From Fistulifera solaris (taxonomy: Eukaryota), in assembly GCA_030295235.1 (NCBI GenBank), contig AP026162.1, forward strand, positions 2,480,001 through 2,544,000: 64,000 nucleotides of DNA. The letters run 5' to 3'. Positions within the stretch are counted from its first letter, which is position 1. Each line of letters opens with the position of its first letter. The notes beneath the pieces are model-generated. The model was not told the origin of the DNA. It made no database searches and was given only the letters and a program-made list of their open reading frames with translations. A program made the translations under genes and the position numbers. Below are positions 24,401 to 35,041 of the stretch, piece after piece.

Positions 24401-24813
24401 TTGCGACACAATCTTGCAACACAAGTCATCAAATGCCGCCATAATGGCACTGTATGGTTCGACTCGTCGTTGCAGGTCAAATTTTCCGTACATGTAACAT
24501 ATTTTTCGGTCCTTTTCAGTTCGACAAGAGCTCTCGAAACAAGAAACGACTTGCCAGTTCCAGAATCGCCTTCAATTATAACGAATCCAGGATAGTCTCG
24601 TTGGTTATTTTCATACGCTTGCTGCAAAAGCAGAATTTCTGGTTCACGCCCATGTATCTTCGACACTCGGAGGTCAGTTAATTCGGCAAGGGTCTCGATG
24701 CCACTTTTACTTAGACTGGGCGTCCGATAGTCGATGCAACCCTTCAGCCAAGGAGCCGACTTATCCACTGCTGAGATATTGTTGTTGATTGCGATATTAG
24801 CAAAAGAAGCCAT
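21497..24813 (-). CDS. Large bacterial-type AAA/STAND-like ATPase with helical C-terminal region (resembles the ATPase region of bacterial Ser/Thr kinase-ATPase-histidine kinase hybrids); frameshifts and an intron near 23175-23251
   Basis: IHGREPE, Walker A GDSGTGKS, (Y)GKFD, Walker B LFLDDLQWAD, KTNGNPFF, FRFVHDQI, C-terminal ALAHERAA...CYESWGAQAKA. Confidence 0.8.
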
Positions 24814-25638
24814 TATGCTCTTCACATGATGGTCAAGTGATACATCGTGTTTCGATGATTATACCTGATTTGCTCAACGAGAGCTCCGCAAGTTCCACAA
24901 AAGGACAACCGGAAAATTATGACCGCAGAGAATGACCAAGCGTTCACCTCTTCAAGCTTATAGAGTCTGACACAAGAAGTACTGTCCCTGTACTGTACCG
25001 GATTCCGGTTCCCGTCCGTTACTGTATTCCGAAAACTAAGGCTGCTCCTTGCGCCACGTGTCGTGGCCTCGCAATATTTTAAGAGCGAGATCCTGATAAA
25101 AGTCAACCTGCTTAGACCCTGCACAAGAGCATATTTCTTATGAGTTGTAACAGTAGGCTACGAATGAGAGAATTAACTGTTACTCTGTAGTTTCATTTCG
25201 TTGCAAGGTTTTTGAGGAGCACGTGACAACGCAAGCTGAAAAGAAAACGTAGCAAAGAATAGGAATGAGGAGAGTTACAATCCATCGCGCTGTTTTTTAC
25301 TTTAAAGCGCTGCGTAATAGGTATAACAGAAAAGCGCAGCAGGCTTGAAAGCCTGTGGAGTCGAGTCGAGCTTTACCGGCAAATATCTTTTCAACACATA
25401 AATACCACATACTGTAATCATGCTTGCTTTTCCGTCAGTATAGGAGATCAATGCCTCGCCAGACCTAATGTACGGCTTTCCATAGTCGAAGCTGGCTTTC
25501 GACTGCGTCCTTTGCTTCAGCAGACTTGTGTCTACAAAAGCCGATATTCAACAGCAAATTCCACCTTCATTTGTAACGGATTTGACCGGACCGCCAGATT
25601 AAAGGTAATAAGGCATATCACTGATAGAATCGCCTCGT

Positions 25639-26439
25639 TCAACAAATTACGTCGATTGTGAACAAGATTCGACCATCCCAAGGCTTCAAGCCGGATGGCG
25701 ATTTGTGTATACATGGTTGTACGGTCCGATCGCCCCATTCATTTCCAACAAGAATAACAGCGTCCCCTTCGCGCGTTTGTTTCACGTACTCGGGATGTAG
25801 TTGGATTAGTCGGTCGACGTAGTCATGCAACGATGAGGACGTGTTCTCCTCGGCATTATTCGGCTGATCGTCTTCTTCTGTAATCTCATTTAAATTCATC
25901 AACGGTCCCTGGCAATCCAAATATTGACAACCCGGTCCCACCAACGTCTGAATGTACCGTACGGGGACTTGATCGACATGCCATCGTGGGCATTTCGCGG
26001 ATGAGACGCCTCTGCCGCATACCAATCGCGCCTTGAATCCCTTCGGAAGAAGAAGATGTTCTGAACAAAATGCCACGAAGGACTGCATCGATGAAGCGAG
26101 ACCTTTCTTCACATCGTCCTTTCGAGGTACCCAAGCCAAACGTTTGTAAATTGGTAATTGTTCTTGGATTGCAGCAACGCACTTTTCCGCGGCCAGGAAA
26201 CATCCCTCGTCACTAGTCCAGTGCACAGTGACATCCAGATAACGCTCGTTCTCCCACATGGCTGGGACCAACACTTCCCAGACGTTGCGTTTCGCAGCCT
26301 CGGCAGGCGATTTGAGTAATGTAGCAGCAGATAGAGATTTTGTTAACGGCTCCTGAATCATCGAGAAAGCTGAACTTCGCACGAGCAGCAGCATCCCGAG
26401 AAGGGCTCTTTCGACGAAAGATGATGGTCTACGACGCAT
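25639..26439 (-). CDS. DUF1826-family protein with predicted plastid bipartite presequence
   Basis: CPRWHVDQVPVRYIQTLVGPG and CIHKSP...RILFTID motifs; N-terminal hydrophobic stretch ending SSAF. Confidence 0.75.
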   Translation of the reverse strand: MRRRPSSFVERALLGMLLLVRSSAFSMIQEPLTKSLSAATLLKSPAEAAKRNVWEVLVPAMWENERYLDVTVHWTSDEGCFLAAEKCVAAIQEQLPIYKRLAWVPRKDDVKKGLASSMQSFVAFCSEHLLLPKGFKARLVCGRGVSSAKCPRWHVDQVPVRYIQTLVGPGCQYLDCQGPLMNLNEITEEDDQPNNAEENTSSSLHDYVDRLIQLHPEYVKQTREGDAVILVGNEWGDRTVQPCIHKSPSGLKPWDGRILFTIDVIC

Positions 26440-26814
26440 GGGTAATTTTTCTTCTTTTCCGTGAATAAAGTGGCCGAATTTAAAAGCTAGAAAACAAGTC
26501 GGTGAAACGAAAAGCGAACACCTTCATCACGACACCTTTTCGTCTTTCCATTCTTGTTTTTGTCGCAACGGCAGCGCGTTTATTCGCGTTCATTTTTTAT
26601 CATTAGTACCAGGGACGAAGTAAAATATATCTCCATAGTACTCAACGTGACGGTACTTGACAGGCACTTATAGTGTACTTAAGTAGTATTTTTACTATCG
26701 GGCATTATACTTCGGTTGTCCAGTGACTCTACTTACTTAAACGTTTTAAAATATATGCCCCATGTGTTTTCCACGACTCAGCATGTACTGTCTTGTATCG
26801 AAAAATGTCTAAAT

Positions 26815-26980
26815 GGAGACGAAGTCTCCCATAGGAAGACGAAGTTTCCCGTTTAGGAGACGAAGTCTCCCGTTTAGAGACGAAGTCTCCCATTTAGAGA
26901 CGAAGTCTCCCATTTAGAGACGAAGTCTCCCATTGGGAGACGAAGTCTTCGTTGGGAGAGTTGGGAGTTGGGAGACGAAA
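26815..26980 (+). repeat. Tandem array of ~20-bp units with palindromic core GAGAC-GAA-GTCTC (7 units plus a partial one)
   Basis: AGACGAAGTCTCCCATTTAG and variants repeated head-to-tail. Confidence 0.92.
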
Positions 26981-27478
26981 ATGCCTCAATTGAATCAACA
27001 GAGCACGTTGATCCGGTAGAGAGAGAGAGAGCTGCTTTGAGAGAAACGTCGAGCAACGGGCGGTCCTCCGGTAAGAGGCCGTTTGGGCCGAGGAGATATT
27101 GGGTACGTAATTCGTCGCCTAACGTTGCGACCTCGGCCTTTTCCTGCCAGCCGCGTCGATTTCATGGAGAATACTGTTTTGACGTAACCAAAGCGCACGA
27201 GTAATGGTAAAAACAGCTCTTGTTCCAATCTGGTTCATTTAGAGGGGCGGAGCCGAAGGAAGGTATGAATAATGAGGCATGTGCCCTCAAGTCGAGAGGA
27301 GTCGTCATTCGTCATCGTCGTTTGTCATTTGATGATTTTTTCGGAAATAATAAGCGCGCAAAATACCAATACCTTTCGCTACTCTTTTGTATGAGAGAAA
27401 CAACGTTTTTCGCGAAAAAAAGCAATATGTCTTCGAAAGAAGACATCGTGTATGAACGAAATGTCTTCGATTTTGTGT

Positions 27479-27606
27479 AGACGAAGACGAAGACGAAGTC
27501 TCCCATTGGAAGACGAAGTCTCCTATAGCGAAGACGAAGTCTCCAGTAGCGAAGACGAAGTCTCCCATTGGGAGACGAAGTCTTCGTTCGGAGACGATGT
27601 CTTCGC
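27479..27606 (+). repeat. Second tandem array of the same AGACGAAGTCTCC unit (~6 units, 19-21 bp)
   Basis: GAAGACGAAGTCTCC(CATTG/TATAGC/AGTAGC) repeated, same orientation as the first array. Confidence 0.9.
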
Positions 27607-27862
27607 TAGTACTAAAAAAATATATTTACTTATTTAGCTTCCATATAGTATTGTACAGGCTTAAATATCGAAACGTCATTACATTGACAAATGCTACAAA
27701 AATGTACTATCTTTGATTCCCGTTTCTTTGACCCTTGTCCGAAGTAATAATGTGACTGTGGATTTTAAGTACAATGGGAGACATAGTTAACTTCGTCCCA
27801 GGTACGTAGTATTTATTTTTTCATCATCGTCGTGCCGTCGTGCGTGCCATCCGCTTGTAGTA

Positions 27863-28435
27863 AGGGCTGGTTACGCGCAGGGACGCCCTGTCGCGATAGC
27901 ACCGTGAAAGTACACTTTATGCTACACTAACCGTCGGAACGAAAATCTCACCATGGAAAAATGCCGCACAAATCCAGGCTAAACATGGTGGGGCACCGAT
28001 CGATTAAATAAAGCTCGATTGATATTCTTTTTACTTTTATTATATAATTAAGGAGAGGCGGTTCCAAGAGATGTTTAATTTTCATCAGAGGCGATCGGGT
28101 TGCGGAGAAAAGGCGTGATTTTGATTCTGCCCGTGCTATTTCACCGTAGAAAATCAACTCGAAAGCGAGTATCTCAGCAACAGAAGCGTCAAAATTGTGG
28201 ATATCGCACAATAAGCCTTCTATAGCTAATAGCTATTAGATGGCCCAATTCCCACAATTTTGCAGGTCCCTGAACGAAGTTACAGCCTCATGAATTCCTT
28301 TCGCCATGGTCGTCGTGTTTTTATCGCGGTGGAGGTTAATCAATCAACGATAATTTCGACTATAGGTGCCTTATGTACTTACGTACAAATTTGTACTATT
28401 TGAACGAGGGGACTTTCAAAAAAGTAACCAGCCCT
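27863..28435. mobile_element. Second MITE-like non-autonomous element, 573 bp
   Basis: Perfect inverted repeat GTAAGGGCTGGTTAC (27860-27874) / GTAACCAGCCCTTAC (28424-28438), readable as TA|AGGGCTGGTTAC...GTAACCAGCCCT|TA. Confidence 0.62.
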
Positions 28436-28758
28436 TACCGGTAAGTAGGTTACTGTATTCATTCCTTGACTATTCCCAAACTGTTTTTAATTAGCTAAAG
28501 AATAAAACCAACTTTGAAAATGGAAAGGTTGATGATTCACCAGGCTCGTATAAGCCTCGCTAGACTAGATCAAGATCAATCAGCTAAAAGATCTCGCAAC
28601 AGGACTAATGTAAGGGCAACGCTTGCCCAAACAGTACGACGTAGTAAACTTTGAGGCTCCACTAGAAGCGTGTATATTATGAAAAGTAAGTGGCCCAGAT
28701 AACGCGGCGAAAAGAATAGCGAGGGCAGGGTCTTGGATAGTTTTGAATACCCTTTTAA

Positions 28759-29916
28759 TCACCATTGCTCACCCCAGCCAATCGCCATTCCCACTTGATC
28801 CGGTTCTGATTGTCGTGTAGAGTCATGCATGCTGCTGTAAATGATCCCCCTTTGTTGTTGAAGTAGATGAAAGCAAAGAATTGCGGTCAAATGACTCAAA
28901 TGTATCAATATCTGCATTTTGTCGGGTCCCTGCTCGTCGTCCCGCCGCGTTACTGTATCGCGACAGACGGGGCACTGATCACAACGCCGCCCTCGGCTAC
29001 TAGAAACCCAATCCCTCCAACATGATTCGTCGAACGTATGTCCGCATCGTAATAACTTTCTGCGTCCGCTACCAAAATCTTGGAGGCAGATGGGGCATTC
29101 CTTGTCTTGAAATTGCTTCTGCAACTCCAACGCTTTCGTCCGTTCTTCTGCCGTGAGCTCGTATTGCAAAGTAGCTGACCTGCGTTTTTGATCATTCCAT
29201 TCTCGACACGCCACTAGCATGATAATGACTGCTGAGAAATAGCCCAAATGAGTCAACTCCACCGATAGACGTTTTGCTTTTAATATCGTCTGAATCGAAT
29301 GAATACCTTTTAAAACAGCCTCATCATACCGCCTTTGTAAAAGAAACGGTTTCATGTCGCGTATTATCTCTTTCATTTCGTCGTATGTAAGTCGCAACTT
29401 GGAATGTTCATGACCTTGCGAAATATGAACCAATTGCTCTTTCACGGAAAGGAATATTAATATCCCATGAAACGCGGATTCGTGTGGGTCACTTGTATCG
29501 CTCTTTGCATAGTATTGTTCGGATATATTGCGCGCTCTCAATACGGCATCATGGTCTTTTCTAAGATTCATATCGGGAAGAACCGCAACGCCTATAGAAG
29601 ATAAAGGATCCGACAAAGCCTGTTGAATCGTGATAGGATCTTCTAATATTGAACGTGGGTCATCGATGAGAGGAGAAATTGGTGTCGAAGGCGTAGATGA
29701 ATATGTCGTCAGTAACAAAAATGGTAAAACATCCCACCATGGGTTGTTATTGTTTTTCGTGTACGAAGTAGTCGTGGCCGGAACGGCTCGACGACTGGCC
29801 AGATAAATACTCTCTTGTGCCGTGCTTAGCAACAACACCCACCAAAGTCCCAGTCCGGCTAAAATGTAATGATAATATCGTATCATGATTGTTGTATTGC
29901 GAAAGAAAATACCCAC
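28759..29916 (-). CDS. Membrane protein with TPM-like domain and RING-H2-like finger (putative E3 ligase)
   Basis: N-terminal hydrophobic segment; GILIFLSVKEQLVHISQG...MKPFL...YDEAVLKGI (TPM-like); TM helix; CPIC-x13-CGHTFDESC-x-CPVCR. Confidence 0.72.
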   Translation of the reverse strand: MGIFFRNTTIMIRYYHYILAGLGLWWVLLLSTAQESIYLASRRAVPATTTSYTKNNNNPWWDVLPFLLLTTYSSTPSTPISPLIDDPRSILEDPITIQQALSDPLSSIGVAVLPDMNLRKDHDAVLRARNISEQYYAKSDTSDPHESAFHGILIFLSVKEQLVHISQGHEHSKLRLTYDEMKEIIRDMKPFLLQRRYDEAVLKGIHSIQTILKAKRLSVELTHLGYFSAVIIMLVACREWNDQKRRSATLQYELTAEERTKALELQKQFQDKECPICLQDFGSGRRKLLRCGHTFDESCWRDWVSSSRGRRCDQCPVCRDTVTRRDDEQGPDKMQILIHLSHLTAILCFHLLQQQRGIIYSSMHDSTRQSEPDQVGMAIGWGEQW

Positions 29917-30456
29917 AGCATGAATAACGACGGCAAGGTAGAAGAAGAAGAATAAAAATAAAGAGAAACGCCTTCAACGCGCGAAAATAAACGACGGTTC
30001 GCCAACACCGTATGACCGGCGATGCAGCTCGCGTCGTAGCGGTATTCGCTATTGTCGACGCTTTTTCCTTGCTTTTTTCTTTTCGGAACGCACGTCAGCC
30101 AGACAAGTCACGTCTTGTTTCCCAGTCCCTAACCATTCTATTCATTGGATATGACGGGCAAGATGACGGGATGACTTATTAGCTTCAGCTCACTGTTGAC
30201 TCCTTAAAAGTGCTTGCATCATAATAAATAAGTTACTTTTCTCTCACAGCAATTAAAACGCGACAAAAGGACCAGGTTATACTTCGAAAATGCAGCTACG
30301 AGAGACACGTCTATAATGATAAAAGAAAAGTTCCTAAGATGGGGAAGTAAATTCCCCTCTAGACACCTGGGCTTCAACTATTTTGGCCTATGCGCTCAAA
30401 GCACTTTAAATGGCATGCATATCACTCCTTTATCATCATGACTGAGCGGAATTGAA

Positions 30457-30937
30457 CTACCGCTTCTTTGTTTGTGTTGAAATGTAAAGCACTTTTGAAA
30501 TAAAAGCGACGAAAAGTTAGAGATAGGTCGTACTTTGCACAAAAAGAAAAAGAAAAGAATGACTCACCATTGTTGCCGCGAATAAAGGCATCACCGTATT
30601 TGGCTTTGAGCTGGCCGTTGTCGTATTCTTCCGTTTGCTCCAGTGCAATGTTCAAATACCCATCGAGGCACGCTAGAACACCGCGATATTCCAATCCAGT
30701 ATTCAATTTTACTTGAACAGGTCGTCCCAGCACCGATTTCAAAAAATCAGACGGAGTGCGCTGTTGCTTGGGGGGCTTTCATTTGTTCCATTTTGTTTGG
30801 TGGTTGTTTGTCGAACACAAAAGCATGAAAAGAATAAGGTCACGCGATCGTTTGCCGAATCAGCACGCCGTCCAGTAACTTACCTCTTCTGGGACCGTTT
30901 CTGAAGAAGGAACCGTAGTCTCGGTTAATTCCGCCAT
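30457..30937 (-). CDS. LSM6: U6 snRNA-associated Sm-like protein LSm6 (3 exons)
   Basis: TPSDFLKSVLGRPVQVKLNTGLEYRGVLACLDGYLNIALEQTEEY...YGDAFIRGNN|VLYIS; 5' exon MAELTETTVPSSETVPEE with GTAAGT donor at 30883. Confidence 0.9.
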
Positions 30938-31241
30938 GGTAGCTTTGTCGTCGAATTTGAAGGCAACTCAAACTCAAACTTTTGCAAAAAAAAAGCAGCC
31001 GTCTATTTTGCGGACGACGACAAGACGATATAATGACGTCACATGCGCGACGGAAGACAAAAACGATTTAGCTGTTGTATTATAGGTTTTGACTGATGAT
31101 TCGCTAGCCTACATAGTTCAGTTCTACAACCCTCAAAAGGTTACTACTGTGCTTTGATTTATTATTTATTCGGTGAAAAACTCTACATTTCATCCTGTCT
31201 TTACGCATGCGTGGGCAAACATTCAGTTGCATCAGGCAAGT

Positions 31242-32499
31242 TTAGAAGAGCTTGGACATATCCTTATTCGGCATAGTGTTGCCATTCACGGCCATGGCAC
31301 GGATGGCCTTGCTGGTGGCGTCCTGAGCCTCGATGATAGCTCTTCGGGCGGCAATTGTGGCTTCGTGGGCCTCCAACCATTTTTCGAACTTCTGCAAGCT
31401 CTTCTTTCCAAGTTTTCCGAATTGGTAAGAATACGAGCCGGCCACAACGAAAGCACCGGCAATAGCATTACCAATCACCACGGGAATCACATTTTTGAAG
31501 AGAACATCATAAAGGGAAAGAGGGACGTTCAACAAAAGAGCAGCAGGCATGATGAACTGTTGATAAAAGTCATCAAAATGAGTCAACCGATATTGTAACA
31601 CTTTGAGTGTAAACTGCAGTACTTACCATATTTGCAACACTGTGTTCAAGACCAATGGCAACAAATGTAGAGATAGGGAACCAAATTCCAACCAGCTTTC
31701 CGGTTAGGTCGTTACACGCTCCGGCCAAGAACACGGCAAGCGACACCATCCAGTTGCACAAAATGGCTTTTTAGAAGCGTTTGTCCGAAGGTAGAACGGC
31801 ATTTATTCAAGGCCGTGGACGTGAGAAGATCGGCTGTACCTCCAGTGAGGAGGCCGACGTACCAGGCAGCAATGGCGAAAAGAGTACATCCGACAATGTT
31901 GCCCGAGATGCTCACACCCCAGGATCGCCATAGCTCGCGCCAAGTCACGAGACCTTCGTACTTGGCCGCAGAAACAGTAGCGGAGTTACCTGTAAATAAC
32001 TGACCTCCCGTAGTAAGAATCAACAAGAGGTTCACTAGAAAAAGTAGGCGAGTGAGAATTTCTACGACAAGAGAAACGACCGATTCTCACTGTCAAAGCC
32101 AACAGAATACGTACCAGGAAATAGAGAAGCGAACGCCATTTTCGCAATACCAGGATTCTGTGCCGCAATCCCACCAATGTTACCCGCAATGCAGAACGAC
32201 AAGAGGCCACCAAAGCCTACGTAGGCTCCACCCATGACCGCTTGGTGAAAGATCTTCATTTTGCCCATCTTGGCGTTCGAAGCACCTTTCTCGGCAAAGG
32301 CGAGGTAGGAGTCCTTCGGCGATTTGATTGTCTGCGAGTAAACGGTCTTGGAGATATCGAGGGACTTTTGTTCGGACATGTCGTCACCGGTCGAGATACG
32401 AAGAGGCGTCAACTTGGAGAGGGGTCGGTGAGGCTGGACCGCTTGAAAGGCCGCAACGCCGCTCAAGGCAGCAAGAAGGGTGAACATGGAGATCTTCAT
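31242..32499 (-). CDS. Formate/nitrite transporter (NAR1-like, plastid-targeted), multi-exon
   Basis: Signal peptide ending [53 protein letters not shown] motifs. Confidence 0.92.
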
Positions 32500-32693
32500 G
32501 GTGTTTCGAAGTGTGTTATTTGCTTTCTTACAGATGCAAAACACTTTCAGGGTCGATGAAAGGATTTGTTGTCTTGTTGAACGCCTACGACGACGACGAC
32601 ATGCAGAAAATGAAACCCTTTTGCTTTTCAAGAAAAAAGGGTATTTCTGTAGAGTGTTCCTGTCCTTTTCTGGTACTCTTTACTATTGAATGG

Positions 32694-32907
32694 TGACGTG
32701 GACTGACGTTATTATTTGTGCATATTATCCGCTCATCGACGTCATGCTATCGTCATCTTGAACTTGCGCACCTCTCGTCGCAAGTACTATACACTCTGAT
32801 GTACTCGACCGTTAGCTGTCTCCACCGCTATCGTCGAATGGATTTGCGTTTGCTTACGTCAGCCATTTTCTGACGTAGGAACACCTTGATGTTTTCACAG
32901 CTGACGT
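32694..32907. promoter_or_regulatory. Cluster of six TGACGT (bZIP-type) sites upstream of the FNT/NAR1 gene
   Basis: TGACGT at 32694, 32704, 32871, 32902 and ACGTCA at 32739, 32856. Confidence 0.55.
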
Positions 32908-33319
32908 AGAAAGACTGGACTGTTGCGCACCATAGGGATTAGGATTTATAGGTCACTACAAGGGTAGTCACGTCTCTAGCCAGTCAAGAACGTCCCAAAA
33001 TCCAAAGAGCTTGCTTTTGCTTTAGAGATCATAGCAAGGCTACTGAACACTGAACCTGGTAAGGTTACACACAATCCTAGAAGCGCGATAGCTAAGATCG
33101 AAAGAATTGAAACTACCTCCAGTAACGAAGCTGTTTCTTTAGATATTCGATTCTTTTGTAGGGGTAGGACGTAAGCCTAATACGAACTACGTAGTACTAC
33201 GTAATATCTAGCTGTTTGTTTGAAGAAAGACTCAAAGATGCACGATACCTCTTCATTAAAAGTGATGAAAATGTAGCTGAAACCAACCGTATCTCTAGAA
33301 TATTCAACTTCCACATTTA

Positions 33320-35041
33320 CTAGAACCGCAATCCCTCACAAATTCCACCGTCGTCATCCTCATCGTAGTCTTTCACTGTTTTGAAAACGTATTGAATGGT
33401 CATCAACAAAGCCGCAATCAAAACAACGCCCCCAATTGCAAAGGCTAGGTAGGAGTTTCGTTCATAAACACGACCACTGGCCGAGGTAGCCCGACGAGCT
33501 TGCTTCATGAGATAAGATCCGATAATAGCGGAGACGAAACCAATGCAAAAGCCCGCAATCGCAAAATCTTTTAGAATTAGCCCGAAGACCATGTACGAAG
33601 ACGTGGAACCTAAGGTGGTGAACATTGCCATAGCTGATGATGTAGCAGCAACAATAGCTGGATGTACACCCATTGTATACATGATAGGCACCGTTATTAC
33701 CCCTCCACTAATACCGAGTGTTCCAGCGAAGAATCCGGCCATGACAAAAATAGCCGGGTATAGGATGGCGCTGCCGGCATCCCATTGAATGTCGCCATGC
33801 ACGTAATCGAATCGTACAAGCTTCTTGATTTCATGGCGACCGACTACATATGTCTGTGCGACCCATGCGGATGTGATCAAGAAGAGGAATATAATGAAAT
33901 GGACTGACCAAAAGGGCCATGAACCGCATCGAATCCCCAAGGGACTCGTAAAAGCCCCACCGCCAACTAGTACATTCAACGTAACGACGACGGAGAATAT
34001 CGAAAAGGCGGCAATGATTTTGCCTCGCGGCGTAAATTTTTCCTGTTCGATCAAATCTGTGCGTAGCGTCACAAAATCGGGATTGACGATAAGAATCTGC
34101 TGCTTCTCCTCCGGATCCAAGGCGCGCTGCCGAGCGGCACCAAGAACGTTCGAGTCAACTTCTTGCCATGTAGAACTCTTCGGCAAAATACTAGTCGGAC
34201 TTTCCGAAAGCTGTGTAGACTGTGAAGACACGATCATCATATGCCGGATGTAGCGCTTCTCCGCTCGATACATCCGCATCGCCTTGGACAAAGTAGCTTG
34301 CGCTGTGACGGAAAGAATAATGACCAACAGGACGACCAGAAACTTTTCAGAGAATACTTGATGGAATAAAGTGCCCACAAGCGTCCCGGTTAAACTGAGT
34401 GGGCCCATGATTAACACCAGATCCCAGTCGATCAAAGGCCGATCAGCGAGCGGATGCCGCCTTGTCCAGTTTAACAGCGTACAACCAAGAGAGGCTCCAA
34501 GTAGTGTAACAGCTCCGATGGGAACAGCCACCTTCAGCGGAAGTCCCATCACCAAGATGTAAACAGGAACGACGACACCGCCGCCCCCTATTCCTCCGGT
34601 TGCACCCAAGGTCAAGGCCATGCTAGCAACGGACAAGCCCAAAATATAGCGACTTGTCAACGGATACAATTGGGGCGGTCCGGGGTCATCAATGAATGCA
34701 TAAAAGTCATCATAATTGTCGTCGTCCGCGTCGGCTATGCCGTCGTCAAAGAAATCGTCATTGTGGACATTATTATTGCCGTCGTCAGTCGTATCGTCAG
34801 TCTTTGCTTGATCGTCAGTTACTTGCTCATTCTCCGCATCTTTCTCAAATAAGTCGTCCTCAAAGAAACCGTCGTCCTGATTCGCGAGACTACGGTGAAA
34901 CCATGCGGCCAGCGGTCTCGGCTGAACGAGGGTACAGATGCTATTTTCGATCCAAGGTTTGCTAAAGTACCCTGCCGCGGCAACAGACGATAGAAGACAG
35001 ATGACAGTCGTCACCCGTTTACGCTTTCTTGTTTCATTCAT
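33320..35041 (-). CDS. TauE/SafE (TSUP) family transporter
   Basis: GGIGGGGVVVP, RHPLADRPLIDWDL, GTLGISGG...MGVHPAIVAATS; multiple TM segments. Confidence 0.88.
   Translation of the reverse strand: MNETRKRKRVTTVICLLSSVAAAGYFSKPWIENSICTLVQPRPLAAWFHRSLANQDDGFFEDDLFEKDAENEQVTDDQAKTDDTTDDGNNNVHNDDFFDDGIADADDDNYDDFYAFIDDPGPPQLYPLTSRYILGLSVASMALTLGATGGIGGGGVVVPVYILVMGLPLKVAVPIGAVTLLGASLGCTLLNWTRRHPLADRPLIDWDLVLIMGPLSLTGTLVGTLFHQVFSEKFLVVLLVIILSVTAQATLSKAMRMYRAEKRYIRHMMIVSSQSTQLSESPTSILPKSSTWQEVDSNVLGAARQRALDPEEKQQILIVNPDFVTLRTDLIEQEKFTPRGKIIAAFSIFSVVVTLNVLVGGGAFTSPLGIRCGSWPFWSVHFIIFLFLITSAWVAQTYVVGRHEIKKLVRFDYVHGDIQWDAGSAILYPAIFVMAGFFAGTLGISGGVITVPIMYTMGVHPAIVAATSSAMAMFTTLGSTSSYMVFGLILKDFAIAGFCIGFVSAIIGSYLMKQARRATSASGRVYERNSYLAFAIGGVVLIAALLMTIQYVFKTVKDYDEDDDGGICEGLRF

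Larger units (their letters stand above)
26609..27802. mobile_element. Non-autonomous TIR DNA transposon (TA-flanked, Tc1/mariner-like) with internal tandem-repeat arrays
   Basis: Left end TA|CCAGGGACGAAGTAAAATATATCTCCATAGTACT; right end AGTACAATGGGAGACATAGTTAACTTCGTCCCAGG|TA form an imperfect ~33-bp inverted repeat; no transposase ORF seen. Confidence 0.72.

Noticed and set aside
26815..27606. Palindromic direct repeats resembling a CRISPR array
   Set aside because: Inter-repeat segments are only ~6-8 nt and near-identical rather than unique spacers; no cas genes; eukaryotic context; better explained as internal repeats of a TIR element
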